Shown: positions 22,750-32,821 of the stretch, piece by piece | Layout of the letters: each line of letters opens with the position of its first letter | How positions within the stretch are numbered: the stretch's first letter is position 1 | From: an uncultured Gemmatimonadales bacterium | GTDB lineage: Bacteria > Gemmatimonadota > Gemmatimonadetes > Gemmatimonadales > Gemmatimonadaceae | Direction of reading: 5' to 3' | DNA length: 64,000 bases | Assembly (NCBI GenBank): GCA_963793305.1 | Contig: CAWBZV010000014.1 | Span: 160,001-224,000, forward strand | Translations under genes and position numbers: made by a program | The notes under the pieces: generated by a model | The model's database searches: none | The model's input: only the letters and a program-made list of their open reading frames with translations | What the model was told of the DNA's origin: nothing

Positions 22750-23778
22750 CTACAGTCGCTCGCAGGCCGCGCTCAACAGTGCTTTAGCCTTGTCATAGTC
22801 GGCGGACTTGAGATCGAGCGTCACCATCACGTCGTGCCGCGTGGCGCCCAAGATGGAGCCATTGATGAGCGCGGCCGAGTCCCAGGGCCCGCGCAGCGTG
22901 GTGTCGGTCTTGAAGCTCGTCGTGACGGGAGCACCCGTAGCGGAGCCACCGACCATCTTCATGAGACCGCCCATCATCTTCTGCTGCGACGAGTCGAGCG
23001 TGGGCATCGAGACTTGGGGCGTGCCAAGGACCCCGCTCCCCATGGGCATCGTGTGCTTCAGCCGGTCGAGCGCCTGGTATCCGCCGCGCCACGTGACGGC
23101 CAATGGATACGATCGGGGGTCGGCACCCCCCTTCACCTTATACGTGCACTCCGAGCCATCGGGGTCGGCGACCGGATTGCCGTCCAACGGCCCGAGGATC
23201 TGCACAACCCGCGCACGCGGTATCAGATCGCACGCACTCGCCAGACGCGGATGCGGTTTCGGCGCGAGCGCGGCTGAGCGCGCGCCGTCATAGTCCAACG
23301 GATGGTTGAGCCGACCGACGATCTTCGTGGCGAGATCGATGGCGCCGGGTTTGCCGCCCTCTGACCCGCTGACGTCGACGATGATCTGGGCGTCGGACTT
23401 CCACACGGTCAGGCTACCCATTATCGACCACATCGATCGGTCCCATGGTCCGGGCGGACCGGCCAGGAGGCGTGCGCCGGGAGTCTGGCCGCCGGCGATG
23501 GTCTTTGGGGCGCCCGTGACGACCTGACCGACCTGGGGGGCCCCGGCGCCGCGTGAGACCGTTACGACAACGCTTCGTCCGTCCCGCCCGCGATACATGC
23601 AGGCATCGCCGGTCGGACTCGGGGCGACGTCGCCGTCGTCGTAGCGGTAAGGAGGGTTAGCGAGGGGGCCGACGTAGGTCTCGGCCTCGCTCGAGGCGAG
23701 CCATCGGCACGAATCCGTTCCGTCCTGCGCTTGGCAGGCGGTGGCCGCGAACACGAAGATGATGAGAGAGAGTCGCAT
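22750..23778 (-). CDS. hypothetical lipoprotein with two internally repeated Cys-paired domains
   Basis: Lipobox AATAC. Repeats SCRWL...GPL.NP...ACMY...GPWD and ACDLI...GPL.GNP...ECTY...GPWD. Confidence 0.7.
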   Translation of the reverse strand: MRLSLIIFVFAATACQAQDGTDSCRWLASSEAETYVGPLANPPYRYDDGDVAPSPTGDACMYRGRDGRSVVVTVSRGAGAPQVGQVVTGAPKTIAGGQTPGARLLAGPPGPWDRSMWSIMGSLTVWKSDAQIIVDVSGSEGGKPGAIDLATKIVGRLNHPLDYDGARSAALAPKPHPRLASACDLIPRARVVQILGPLDGNPVADPDGSECTYKVKGGADPRSYPLAVTWRGGYQALDRLKHTMPMGSGVLGTPQVSMPTLDSSQQKMMGGLMKMVGGSATGAPVTTSFKTDTTLRGPWDSAALINGSILGATRHDVMVTLDLKSADYDKAKALLSAACERL

Positions 23779-23880
23779 GCGGCCATCGTAGCGCGGTCGC
23801 ATCTCGCTGCCGTCTCTTGCGTGACAGACGGTCGCGAGACGGGTGGGACCTAGCGTGCCACCCTCCTCCTGCACGAGGTC

Positions 23881-24999
23881 ATGGTGCCCACGCTCCGACT
23901 CGCCGCGCTGATCGCGCTTCTTCCCACACTCTCCGTGTCCGCCCAGGGCCGCACCAGGACGTACTACATTGCTGCCGACCCGGTGTCCTGGGACTACCTA
24001 CCCGGTGGCCGCGATGGGATCGTTGGTGCGCCGATGGCCGACACGGCGTTCTTCGCCAATGCCAAGCCCGGCCAGTGGCGACGACGTACCAGAAGGTGCT
24101 CTATCGGGCGTACACCGATAGCTCCTTTCGCACACTGGAGGCTCGCCCTCCGGAGTGGCGGCACTTGGGATTTCTGGGTCCGCTCATTCGGGCCACAGTA
24201 GGCGACACCATTCGCGTCGTATTCCGCAACAACGGCCAGCGGCCATACAGCGTCCACCCGCATGGTGTGTTCTACGAGAAGAGCTCCGAGGGGGCGCCGT
24301 ACGACGATGGCACAACGGGTATCCACCGGACGGGCAATGGCGTGCCGCCTGGCGGCACCCACGTCTATGTATGGCCCGTGCCCGATCGCGCCGGCCCCGG
24401 CCCGATGGACGGAAGCTCCGTCCTATGGATGTATCACTCGCACGTGGACGAAGTCCGCGACATCAACACCGGGCTCTTTGGTCCCATGATCGTGACGGCG
24501 CGCGGGAAAGCCCGACCGGATGGCTCGCCGATCGATGTCGACCGCGAAATCATCGCCAGCTTCATGCAGGTCGAAGAAAACGACAGCTGGCTGCGGGACA
24601 AGAACGCCCTGTGGCGGGACTCGCTCGAGCACCTGGGCCCGACGCCGAATCCCTCGAAAACGCAGGACGTTCTACCCGTGGTTCGTGAAGTTCACGATCA
24701 ACGGCTTCGTGCACGGCAGCATGCCGCTCGACGAGATCACGATGAAACAGAACGAGCGGGTGCGCTGGTATCTCATGGCGTCGACGAACGACTTCGACTT
24801 TCATGCCCCGCACTGGCATGGCAACACCGTCATCGTGAACGGTATGCGGACGGACGTGACGCAACTGGCCATGATGCAGATGGCGATCGCCGACATGATC
24901 CCCGACAACGTCGGCACGTGGCTCTTCCACTGCCACGTCTCGTTTCACAACGAAGAGGGGATGGCCGTGCGCTACCGCGTTATCGCGGCAACGCCGTGA
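23881..24999 (+). CDS. two-domain multicopper oxidase, ceruloplasmin-like (frameshifts near 24070 and 24670)
   Basis: Across three frames: signal peptide, RTYYIAA, LGFLGPLIRA, HPHG, YHSH, HAPHWHG, HCHVSFHNEEGM. Confidence 0.85.
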
Positions 25000-27496
25000 G
25001 CCGATGGAGCACGGGGTCGGTGTGGAGAAAGTAGGGCCACGCGCCACGGTCTCGCGACTCGCGCACGAGCGCGGCGCCGTCGTCCGGTCGGCCCAGGAGC
25101 ACGGCAATGCGCGCGCGATAGAATGAGGACCCCCAGCTGCCGCGGTCCGCGGGCAGTGATGCCAGCCAGGCATCCGCTGCCCGCGCCGTTCCCGTGTCGC
25201 CGCTCGCGGCCGCCAATCCACCCAGTGTGCCACGGAAGTCGACGTTCCCCGTATCCTCGGCCACGAGCGTGCGCGTGAGAGCGAGGGCGGGGGCGAGCGT
25301 TCCCCGCAATTCGTTCAACCACACCTTGAACGTCCGGAACTCCTGCGAGTTGCGTGTTCCCGCAGGCTGGGCGTCGATCCACGCGATAGTGCTGGCAGCC
25401 GCCTCACGCGCCGCCGACGTGTCCCCATGCACCATGAGCTCGCGTGACCCGTAGGTGCCGATCCAGGCCGGAGTGCCAGTGAGCTCCGTGCGGCCATAGG
25501 TATTGGGACCCAGACCGGAGCCAAGGCTGGGCTCGGGTGGCAGTGCGAAGGACGCATCGAGCTCGCGCAGCACTTCCGCGGGCCGGTGCAGGCCCGCCAA
25601 CGCGCGGACGCGGTTAAAGATCTGGTCGAGGGTCTCGTGGGAGATCTGGTGGTTGGCGGCAACCAGCTCCGAGTCGTGCTGGCCCAAGAGGTGATAGGCC
25701 TCGCAGAGGTCCCCCCAATAGTCGATGTGGTCCGGGGTCGGCAGCCAGTCCAAATCTGTCTGCGGGTTCATCCGCAGCAGCGCCTCGATCGCCAGCGCCG
25801 GGCGATCGGCCCAGAGCGCCGCACCCGCGGTCGACACTTGCATCGGTGATGAGGGCGGGAGGGCGCGGCCTCGTTCGATCACGAGTCGCAGCTGCTCGTC
25901 GTTGCGGCCGTGACAGTGCGCCACCGCGATGCGGAGCGTGAACCCATCGACCGGTTCCAACGCGTGGCGATGGAGACGGGGCAGCGCGGCAATCGAGTCG
26001 ACCGCCACGCAGTCACCCAGTCGCGCCGCGGCGGTGGCGAAGCCGATCGTCGACCCGTCGAACGTGGAGTCGACCGCCATCGACACCGCGTAGAGCGATT
26101 CGGCGCGGACGGGGTCGCCGAACCAGAACTGGTCGTGGCCCGCGATGTACGGACTGTACGCTTCGAATGGCGGAGGCGGGACGCTCGCGTTCCACGCGGC
26201 CGCGAAATGGGGATCCAGTATCGAGGCGACCGAGGCCAGGACACGCGAACGCGTGGCTTCAACGCCATCGGCCGGCCGCGCGAGGCTCGACGCCAGCGGC
26301 CCGACGCTGCGCAGGACGCGGGTCGATGCGACATCGATGACCGACGCGATGAACAGGAGGCTGTCGCCAGAGCGATAGTAGCTGCCGGTGATGAGCGTAC
26401 TGGCCCCGTTCCGGCGTGCCAGCGCAATCGGTTCGATGGGCTGCCCCGCCGATGCGTGGACGCGGGTGAACAGCACGCGTGGGTCGACGACCTCGATCAG
26501 CTTCGTTTGCAGGATGCTGCGAGTGATCCAGTCCACGACCATGTCGCCGACGGGGTCGAGGCGGGGGTCGCCGGTACGGTTTTCGAAGACCGAGACGATG
26601 AGACGAGGGTGCGGGTGGGCAGACGCCGACGGCGCCCGTGCCAGCACCCCGAGCATCGCGAGCGCGACCACGCCCGCCGCTCCCGCCATGGGCCACCAGC
26701 GGCGCCGCCTCCGCTGCGGCGGTATCGCTGTCGCCGCCTCGGCCGGCGTGATGTCCACCGGGGCGGCGCTCCGGGCGCGCAAGCGCTCGAACAGCGCTCG
26801 TGCCTCCGCACTCGGCTCGGCGTCGAGCTCCGCTTTCAATCGCTGCGTGAACGTCTCGTACAATCGCAGGGCTGCACTGCGGTCGCCGGCTGCATCGAGC
26901 GCCAGCGCTGCCTTTTGCAACCAACCCTCGTCGAACGGCGCGAGCTCACCCGCCCGCAACGCGGCGCGGGCGGCGTCGGCGTGACGCCCCTCGCGCATGG
27001 CGGTGTCGACCACGGCGCCGAGTGCGCGCAGCGCGAGCTCGCGGGCGCGTGCTCGCTCGCGAATGATCCAGTCCTCGAACGTCTCGCCGGCATTGCTGAC
27101 GTGAAATCCGTCGAGCAGCTCGCCGCGGTACAGCCCAGCGGCTTCGTCGTAGCGGTTGGCGGCGACGGCATCGCGCAGCGCGACGACATCACACCAGAGT
27201 TTCGCGCCATCGAGCTTGATCTCGTCGTCCCCACGACTCGCGAAGACGTTGTCGCCCAGCGCGAGACGCAGTTGATAGAGCGTGTTGCGAAGCGCGCGCC
27301 GCGCCGCGAACTGATCGAGCTCGGGCCAGAACACCGCCAGCAGACTGTCGCGCCGGTGGTACACGTCGGCGCCGATGGCCAGGTACGCCAGCAATGCCAG
27401 CCGCTTCGGCTGTGCGAGGAGGGCGCTCGCATCAGTGCCGTCGGCGCGCGAGATCTGAGGCGCGCCGAACAGCGCGAGGCGTATCACGGTAGCCAC
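24980..27496 (-). CDS. SARP/BTAD transcriptional regulator with TM segment, TolB-like and TPR regions
   Basis: QPKRLALLAYL, RDSLLAVFWPE, LYRGELLDGF, ELDAEPS, then a TM helix and VFENRTGDPRLD. Confidence 0.85.
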   Translation of the reverse strand: MATVIRLALFGAPQISRADGTDASALLAQPKRLALLAYLAIGADVYHRRDSLLAVFWPELDQFAARRALRNTLYQLRLALGDNVFASRGDDEIKLDGAKLWCDVVALRDAVAANRYDEAAGLYRGELLDGFHVSNAGETFEDWIIRERARARELALRALGAVVDTAMREGRHADAARAALRAGELAPFDEGWLQKAALALDAAGDRSAALRLYETFTQRLKAELDAEPSAEARALFERLRARSAAPVDITPAEAATAIPPQRRRRRWWPMAGAAGVVALAMLGVLARAPSASAHPHPRLIVSVFENRTGDPRLDPVGDMVVDWITRSILQTKLIEVVDPRVLFTRVHASAGQPIEPIALARRNGASTLITGSYYRSGDSLLFIASVIDVASTRVLRSVGPLASSLARPADGVEATRSRVLASVASILDPHFAAAWNASVPPPPFEAYSPYIAGHDQFWFGDPVRAESLYAVSMAVDSTFDGSTIGFATAAARLGDCVAVDSIAALPRLHRHALEPVDGFTLRIAVAHCHGRNDEQLRLVIERGRALPPSSPMQVSTAGAALWADRPALAIEALLRMNPQTDLDWLPTPDHIDYWGDLCEAYHLLGQHDSELVAANHQISHETLDQIFNRVRALAGLHRPAEVLRELDASFALPPEPSLGSGLGPNTYGRTELTGTPAWIGTYGSRELMVHGDTSAAREAAASTIAWIDAQPAGTRNSQEFRTFKVWLNELRGTLAPALALTRTLVAEDTGNVDFRGTLGGLAAASGDTGTARAADAWLASLPADRGSWGSSFYRARIAVLLGRPDDGAALVRESRDRGAWPYFLHTDPVLHRLTALPR

Positions 27497-27566
27497 TGTC
27501 TCCTAATAGTCTCCGACCTGCTCACCAGTGGCGACCCCGAAGATGTCGTACGGACCGTCCCTGGCC

Positions 27567-28308
27567 TCATTTGGGCAGACTATACAGCACCTTCCCGTTC
27601 TCGTCCAGAAACTCGAGCGTGGCGACGTTCGAGGAGTCCACCGCCATCCGAATGCGAGGCTTCCCCTTCGTGTCCATGAGGAGGACGGCCGCGTCGTCGT
27701 GCTTCGTGCGGCCGACGAACACGCGTTCCGTGAAGTGCCCCATTCTCGGTCCCGTGCTCCTTGAGCAGTGCTTGCATGGCGTCTTTCTTCGGTTGCCCGT
27801 CGCTCATCGTTTGCACCTTCACGAGCCCGCGGACAAGGTCGGCGGTGAGGGGGACGTTCGGCTGATCCCAGACCTCGAATGCGGATTCCTTGTAGTCGCC
27901 TTCCTGGCTATGGCTCATGCCAATCGCCTCGTTCTGCCGATAGTTGTCGAACCGGATCGTGCCGCCGGCGACCGGTTTGCCGTCGACCATCTTCCCGCTA
28001 TACACGAGGCCGCCGTCCTCGTCGCCCTCGTCATTGAAGAAGATCATGCCGGCGCCATCGCGCTTGCCATCGCGGTAGGAGAGGTCCACGCCGGCGATCG
28101 TGCCGCCGGGCATCCGATCCGTGTTGGCGATCGCCAGCCGCAAGTGGCCGTCCTTTTCACGGATATTGATTCGCTCGGCGTCGATCTCGGTGAATTTGGC
28201 GCTCCCTGGACCCTTGGCGGCGACGAAGATGAGAACGCCAAACGCCAACGCGGACGTATACGCGTACGCTTTCAGGAATCGCAGCTCCCGCTCGATCTTG
28301 CTGTCCAT
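27567..28308 (-). CDS. hypothetical membrane-anchored protein (extra base near 27743)
   Basis: GGAGG RBS, N-terminal TM, FTEIDAERINIRE. Repaired C-terminus ERVFVG...LEFLDENGKVLYSLPK*. Confidence 0.65.
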
Positions 28309-28357
28309 TTTGCGCGGCCTCCGCCTGGGATTGGTAATTGTACGGACAAATAAGACT

Positions 28358-28847
28358 TCACTCCCGGGCGCGTGCTGTCCAGAGCCACATCCCGCTCATC
28401 GTGTCGATGGTGATGGGATGGCCGAGCAGGCGGGCCTGCACCACGATCTGTCCGCGATGGTGGCCGTCGTGGACCATGTAGTACGTGAGGAACTGTACGG
28501 GTTGGTGCGTGGACCGTCCGACGCGCCCGCCGCGTTCGAGCGCCGGCTCCAACACCTCCAGTACCGCTCGGCGCTTGGCCATGAGCGCGCGAACGGCGGC
28601 GGCCTGCGTCACCGTGTGCCGATCGAGCTCCGGCGGGACGGAGACTTTTGGCGCGGCCCGGCGCAAGTACACCAGCGCGCAGTTGTGCATGTGGGCCACG
28701 ATCGCGGCGATCGTGCGCATCTTGGGCGCCGGCGGCTTCGCGCGCCAGAACGTCCGGGTCGAGTCGCTCGACGAGGTACGCGTTCACCCGCGCGCTCGCC
28801 GAGTAGGCGCCGAGTAGCTCGGCCGTAAGGTCAGGATTGGTGGGCAT
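28358..28847 (-). CDS. DinB-family protein (extra base near 28750)
   Basis: Repaired LDPDVWRAKPP..RTIAAIVAHMHN, C-terminal HDGHHRGQI. Confidence 0.8.
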
Positions 28848-28921
28848 GACCCGAATTTATGCGCTCTGGTTGTATGCGACTTGCGTAAGGCTGCTCCCGT
28901 TGACTCATCACGGGAGTGTCC

Positions 28922-29971
28922 ATGGTGTCCGCGGTTCCTCGTCGGTCTGCGTCGCTTACGGTGTTTGTCACGTGTACGATCGCCATAATAGCCGCTTGCT
29001 CCGATTCGGCGGCGCCACCAATGGCGTCATCGATCCGAGCGTCGGCCGCCGCGCTACCGGTCGTGAATGCGGTCGTGCGTGTGCTGCCTGGACTCGATGG
29101 AGCACATCCGCACGGGATCGACGAGTTCGATGAGGTCGTTGGCAGCACCGCGGCGAATGTGCCGTTCTATTGGAGCCCGTCGCTCGGGTTGGTTCTGTTG
29201 CCTCACCCCGGGTTTGCGACGGGGCAAGCGGCGACGATCAACGACCATGGGGCGATGTCGGGTACTCTCGGCGGGAGTACGGCCATCGTCTGGATGCCGT
29301 TACACACTGGCCAGTTTCGCGTGTTCCAGTCACCAGCGTCGCAAAATTGCTCGGCGTCGGTGCTGACGTGGGGTGGCGAGCTCGTTGGGACGTGCGTCGC
29401 GACGAATGGCACCGCGTATGGAACGATATTCAACTGGCACGGGGCGCCGACCCAGACCTCAGGGTACGAGTACAACGACCTCTCCGGCGACGGGTATCTC
29501 GTCGGGGCGCAAGACGACAATGGTGTGCTGACGGCGCCGATTGTTGTCTTGCCGAGCGGCCAGGTGACGGTGTTGCATGGGGTCGATGGTGCGATACACA
29601 AATGGGCCGCTGTCAATGCGGTGGCCGAGGGTGGGTACCTCGCGGGCTACAGCACCGAGGCCGGGTGCACGCAAGCGGTCGTGTGGGGTTTGTTCACCTC
29701 GGGGCACGCGACATGGCCCGAACGTTACCTCGACGTATGCGGCGAGGCGAACGGCATTACGTCAGACGGGTATGTCGTCGGGACATCATTCTCCGGCTGG
29801 GCTTTCCTCTGGTATGAGGAGCCGGGGCCGGGCTTGCAGCGGCTTCCGGGGCTCGGGCAAGCCGGCGAGACCAGTACAGCCGTGGCGATCTCACTGCATC
29901 ATGCGCTCGGCACGATCACATCGAATGGTGTGACGCACACGGTTATCTGGAATCTGCCAAACCGTACGTGA
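28922..29971 (+). CDS. lipoprotein with HAF-like extracellular repeats
   Basis: Lipobox IIAAC. Repeated units such as GIDEFDEVVG, TINDHGAMSG, ANGITSDGYVVG and AFLW. Confidence 0.65.
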   Translation: MVSAVPRRSASLTVFVTCTIAIIAACSDSAAPPMASSIRASAAALPVVNAVVRVLPGLDGAHPHGIDEFDEVVGSTAANVPFYWSPSLGLVLLPHPGFATGQAATINDHGAMSGTLGGSTAIVWMPLHTGQFRVFQSPASQNCSASVLTWGGELVGTCVATNGTAYGTIFNWHGAPTQTSGYEYNDLSGDGYLVGAQDDNGVLTAPIVVLPSGQVTVLHGVDGAIHKWAAVNAVAEGGYLAGYSTEAGCTQAVVWGLFTSGHATWPERYLDVCGEANGITSDGYVVGTSFSGWAFLWYEEPGPGLQRLPGLGQAGETSTAVAISLHHALGTITSNGVTHTVIWNLPNRT

Positions 29972-30815
29972 CGCCGTCGATGTACACACTCTTGTTGTCG
30001 GTGAACGGATAGAACGCGAGCACGCGTTGCACGGCGCCGCCGTCGCCATCGAGCTCCAAGGTGTAGCCGGACACCTTGTACGCGCCGCCCAGGTTCGTGT
30101 TGCCGCGGCCACGCGAGGTGGTTGTCGTGGTGACCTGGCCGTTGCTGCCGGCGGATGCGCTGCCGCTTCCATGCTGATCCTGGTAGGAGCTCGCGCTTAC
30201 CGCCGAATCCGCCGCCGGCTTGCACGGCTCCAGTGCCGGCGATCACGCCCGAGCTGCGGGCGAATCGCCCGTTCTGGGAGAATGTGATGGTGGCGGATGT
30301 GTTGTACGAGCCCATGCCGCCGAACCTCGTCGAATTGCGGTGAATCAAGTTGATCTGCAGCGATGCGCCCGCTGGCAGCGGGCGCACGCGGTCGGCCTCG
30401 AGTTTGGTCCACTGACTCGACCCATTCTGGATCAGGATATCGCTTCCCGATTGCTTCCAACGATGCCACTTGGCCGGCTCTCGTTGTTTGGAGGCGACTT
30501 CATCGAGTTGCTCGGGCGGTACCGTGAGGCCCAGATAGGCCCAGCCATCGGGCAGCAGGAGATCGGCCGACTCGACGTAGGCGTAGCCCGTGGCCGTGGT
30601 CTGGCCGCGGCCTTCGTGCAAGATCACGAAACTCGAATTGCGACTCGGTGCACGCGGCGCGGCAGCCGTGCCACCGACGATCCTGCCGGCGGTCCGGACG
30701 TAATCCACGGCGGTCGCCGCGGGCAGGTTCGTCACGACGGCGCAGGGATGGGTTGTCCGCGGACCGAGGCGAGTGGCAGCGCGAACAGCAGAAAGAGGGC
30801 GTTTGGCGATCGCAT
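29943..30815 (-). pseudogene. secreted hypothetical protein, multiply frameshifted or degenerate
   Basis: Signal peptide MRSPNALFLLFALPLASVRG from ATG 30815 stops at 30732. Coherent protein resumes in another frame and shifts again near 30198 to end ...YIDGVTYGLADSR* at 29943. Confidence 0.5.
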
Positions 30816-30870
30816 AGGCTTCTTGGCTACATAACGACCGCCTCGGTCGGATCATTATTTCGTCACGATT

Positions 30871-31653
30871 CTAGTAAGATGGCCCCAGCTTCTCCATGAG
30901 CTGCGCCCGGCGATTCCGGCTGACAGCGAGCGTGGTGCCGTCGAGGAGCACCACGGTCAGACCTCCGATCGGGTGGCGAAGCACCTCACGCACGCGGCGG
31001 AGGTTGATAATCGCCGAGCGGTGAATGCGCGTGAAGGCGGCGCAGTCGAGCTGTGCCTCGAGCAATGCCAGCGTCGCCCGCATGATGTGACGCCGTCCGT
31101 TGACGTGCAGCACCGCGCAATAATCGTCGGCTTCGATCCAGTCGACCTCGCTGGCAGGGATAACGATGTCTTTCCGTCCCACCCGCACCAGGAGTTGGTT
31201 GGTCGTCGGGGCGGTAGCGGTCGCGTGGTCGTCGAGCAGCGCGCGGAGTCGTCGCTCGAGGTCCGTGTCCCGCGTGCGCGTCAGCGCGTCGCGCGCCCGG
31301 TCGAGTGCCTGCGCGAAGCGATCGGCGGCGACGGGCTTGAGCAGATAGTCGATCGCCCGTACGTCGAACGCGCGCACGGCGAAAGCATCGTACGCGGTCA
31401 CGAAGATTACCGCCGGCATCGCCGCCGGACCGACCGCGCGCAGCACGCCGAAGCCGTCGACCTCGGGCATCTGTACGTCGAGGAACACGAGATCGGGTCG
31501 CCCACCGCGAATCAGTCGAATGGCGGCGTGACCGCCGAGGGCTTCGCCGGCGATCTCGACGTCATCGTGCTCGCTGAGCAGCGCGCGCAGGGAAGCGTTC
31601 CCGAGGGGCTCGTCATCGACGAGGAGCACGCGAATCGGCCGGCGCCGACTCAT
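30871..31653 (-). CDS. LytTR-family response regulator
   Basis: VLLVDDEP, FLDVQMP, FVTAYD, DYLLKP, WIEADDY, FTRIHRSAIINL. Confidence 0.93.
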   Translation of the reverse strand: MSRRRPIRVLLVDDEPLGNASLRALLSEHDDVEIAGEALGGHAAIRLIRGGRPDLVFLDVQMPEVDGFGVLRAVGPAAMPAVIFVTAYDAFAVRAFDVRAIDYLLKPVAADRFAQALDRARDALTRTRDTDLERRLRALLDDHATATAPTTNQLLVRVGRKDIVIPASEVDWIEADDYCAVLHVNGRRHIMRATLALLEAQLDCAAFTRIHRSAIINLRRVREVLRHPIGGLTVVLLDGTTLAVSRNRRAQLMEKLGPSY

Positions 31654-32699
31654 GTGGATTGGCGGAGCGGGATCATGATGTCCGCCTGCACGCCGCCCCC
31701 GGCGGCGCGCCCGAGATCGAGGCATCCGTCCGTGCCGTAGAGCGCCGCGAGACGCGCACGAGTGTTCTTGAGACCGACGCCCGTCGCGCCGTCCAATGTC
31801 CAGCCGATCGGCAGCCCGGGTCCGTCGTCGGTCACGCGCAAGTGCAGCCGCTTGGACTCCGCGAAGGCTTCGATGCGCACATGGACCGGGGCTTCACGTC
31901 GGGCGACACCATGCCGAACGGCATTCTCGACCAACGGTTGCAGGACCATGCTCGGGACGAGGGCGTTGCCGACGCCGTCCACGGCGCCGACCGAGATCGT
32001 CAAGCGCTCACCGAATCGCGCGCGCTCGATCGCCAGGTAGCGGTCGAGCAACGCCAACTCGTCGCGCAACGGAATCTCCTGGCTCGCGGTGTCCTGCAGC
32101 AGGTGTCGCAGGAGCTCGCTCAGGTGCGTCAGGACTCGCACGCCCTCTTCGGGCTCGCGTGCTCGGACGAGGCCTACCGCGGCGTTGAGGGCGTTGAACA
32201 GAAAGTGCGGATGCAACTGCGCGCGCAGGGCACTGAGCTGCGCTTGGGCCAGCTCGGCTGACAACGTCGATGCGCGGCGCAGGTTCTCGACCGCATACCC
32301 CGCGACGAGGATCGTCACGTACAGGATCAACGAAAACGGGAACCAGTCGGCGAGGAGTGGGCCGAAGTCCTGCTGTCCGCCCCACGTCGCGGCGATGACC
32401 GCAACGTGGATCGTGATGGCCATCGCACACGCAACCACGTGCACGAGAATCGCCACCGGACGCACGGGGCGCCGCAGGGGGAATCGCTGGGCGAGCCACA
32501 GGATCGCTGGCGTCAGGAGCACCCACACGAACCATCCTGGCGCGTGGTGCAGAACCACACGCCAGAGTGGCGTCGGCGTGCCTTTGAGCCGATCCCTCAC
32601 GTACGTGCCCGAGACCTCGGCGAGCGCGGCGACCGACCACACGGCGGTGATCGTCAGCATGGAGAGTCGGCGTGCGCGCATCGTGCCGAACAATGGCAT
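31650..32699 (-). CDS. LytS/YesM-type membrane histidine kinase
   Basis: N-terminal TM helices, LRAQLHPHFLFNALN, LQPLVENAVRHG, GVGLKN. Start codon uncertain. Confidence 0.92.
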   Translation of the reverse strand: MPLFGTMRARRLSMLTITAVWSVAALAEVSGTYVRDRLKGTPTPLWRVVLHHAPGWFVWVLLTPAILWLAQRFPLRRPVRPVAILVHVVACAMAITIHVAVIAATWGGQQDFGPLLADWFPFSLILYVTILVAGYAVENLRRASTLSAELAQAQLSALRAQLHPHFLFNALNAAVGLVRAREPEEGVRVLTHLSELLRHLLQDTASQEIPLRDELALLDRYLAIERARFGERLTISVGAVDGVGNALVPSMVLQPLVENAVRHGVARREAPVHVRIEAFAESKRLHLRVTDDGPGLPIGWTLDGATGVGLKNTRARLAALYGTDGCLDLGRAAGGGVQADIMIPLRQST

Positions 32700-32821
32700 G
32701 AAGGCCCGGGGCGCGCTACGCAAATGCAGCGAGTGACACTGGCCGTGCCGTCGGCGGTGCGGTGTGGGCGACTCGCTGCAGGGCCGGACTGGAGCGCGAT
32801 AGCGCTCCGTACGTTGCCGCC

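Noticed and set aside
30732..30734. In-frame TGA as possible selenocysteine, given selB
   Set aside because: The read-through frame is not protein-like, there is no redox motif, and I see no SECIS-like hairpin.
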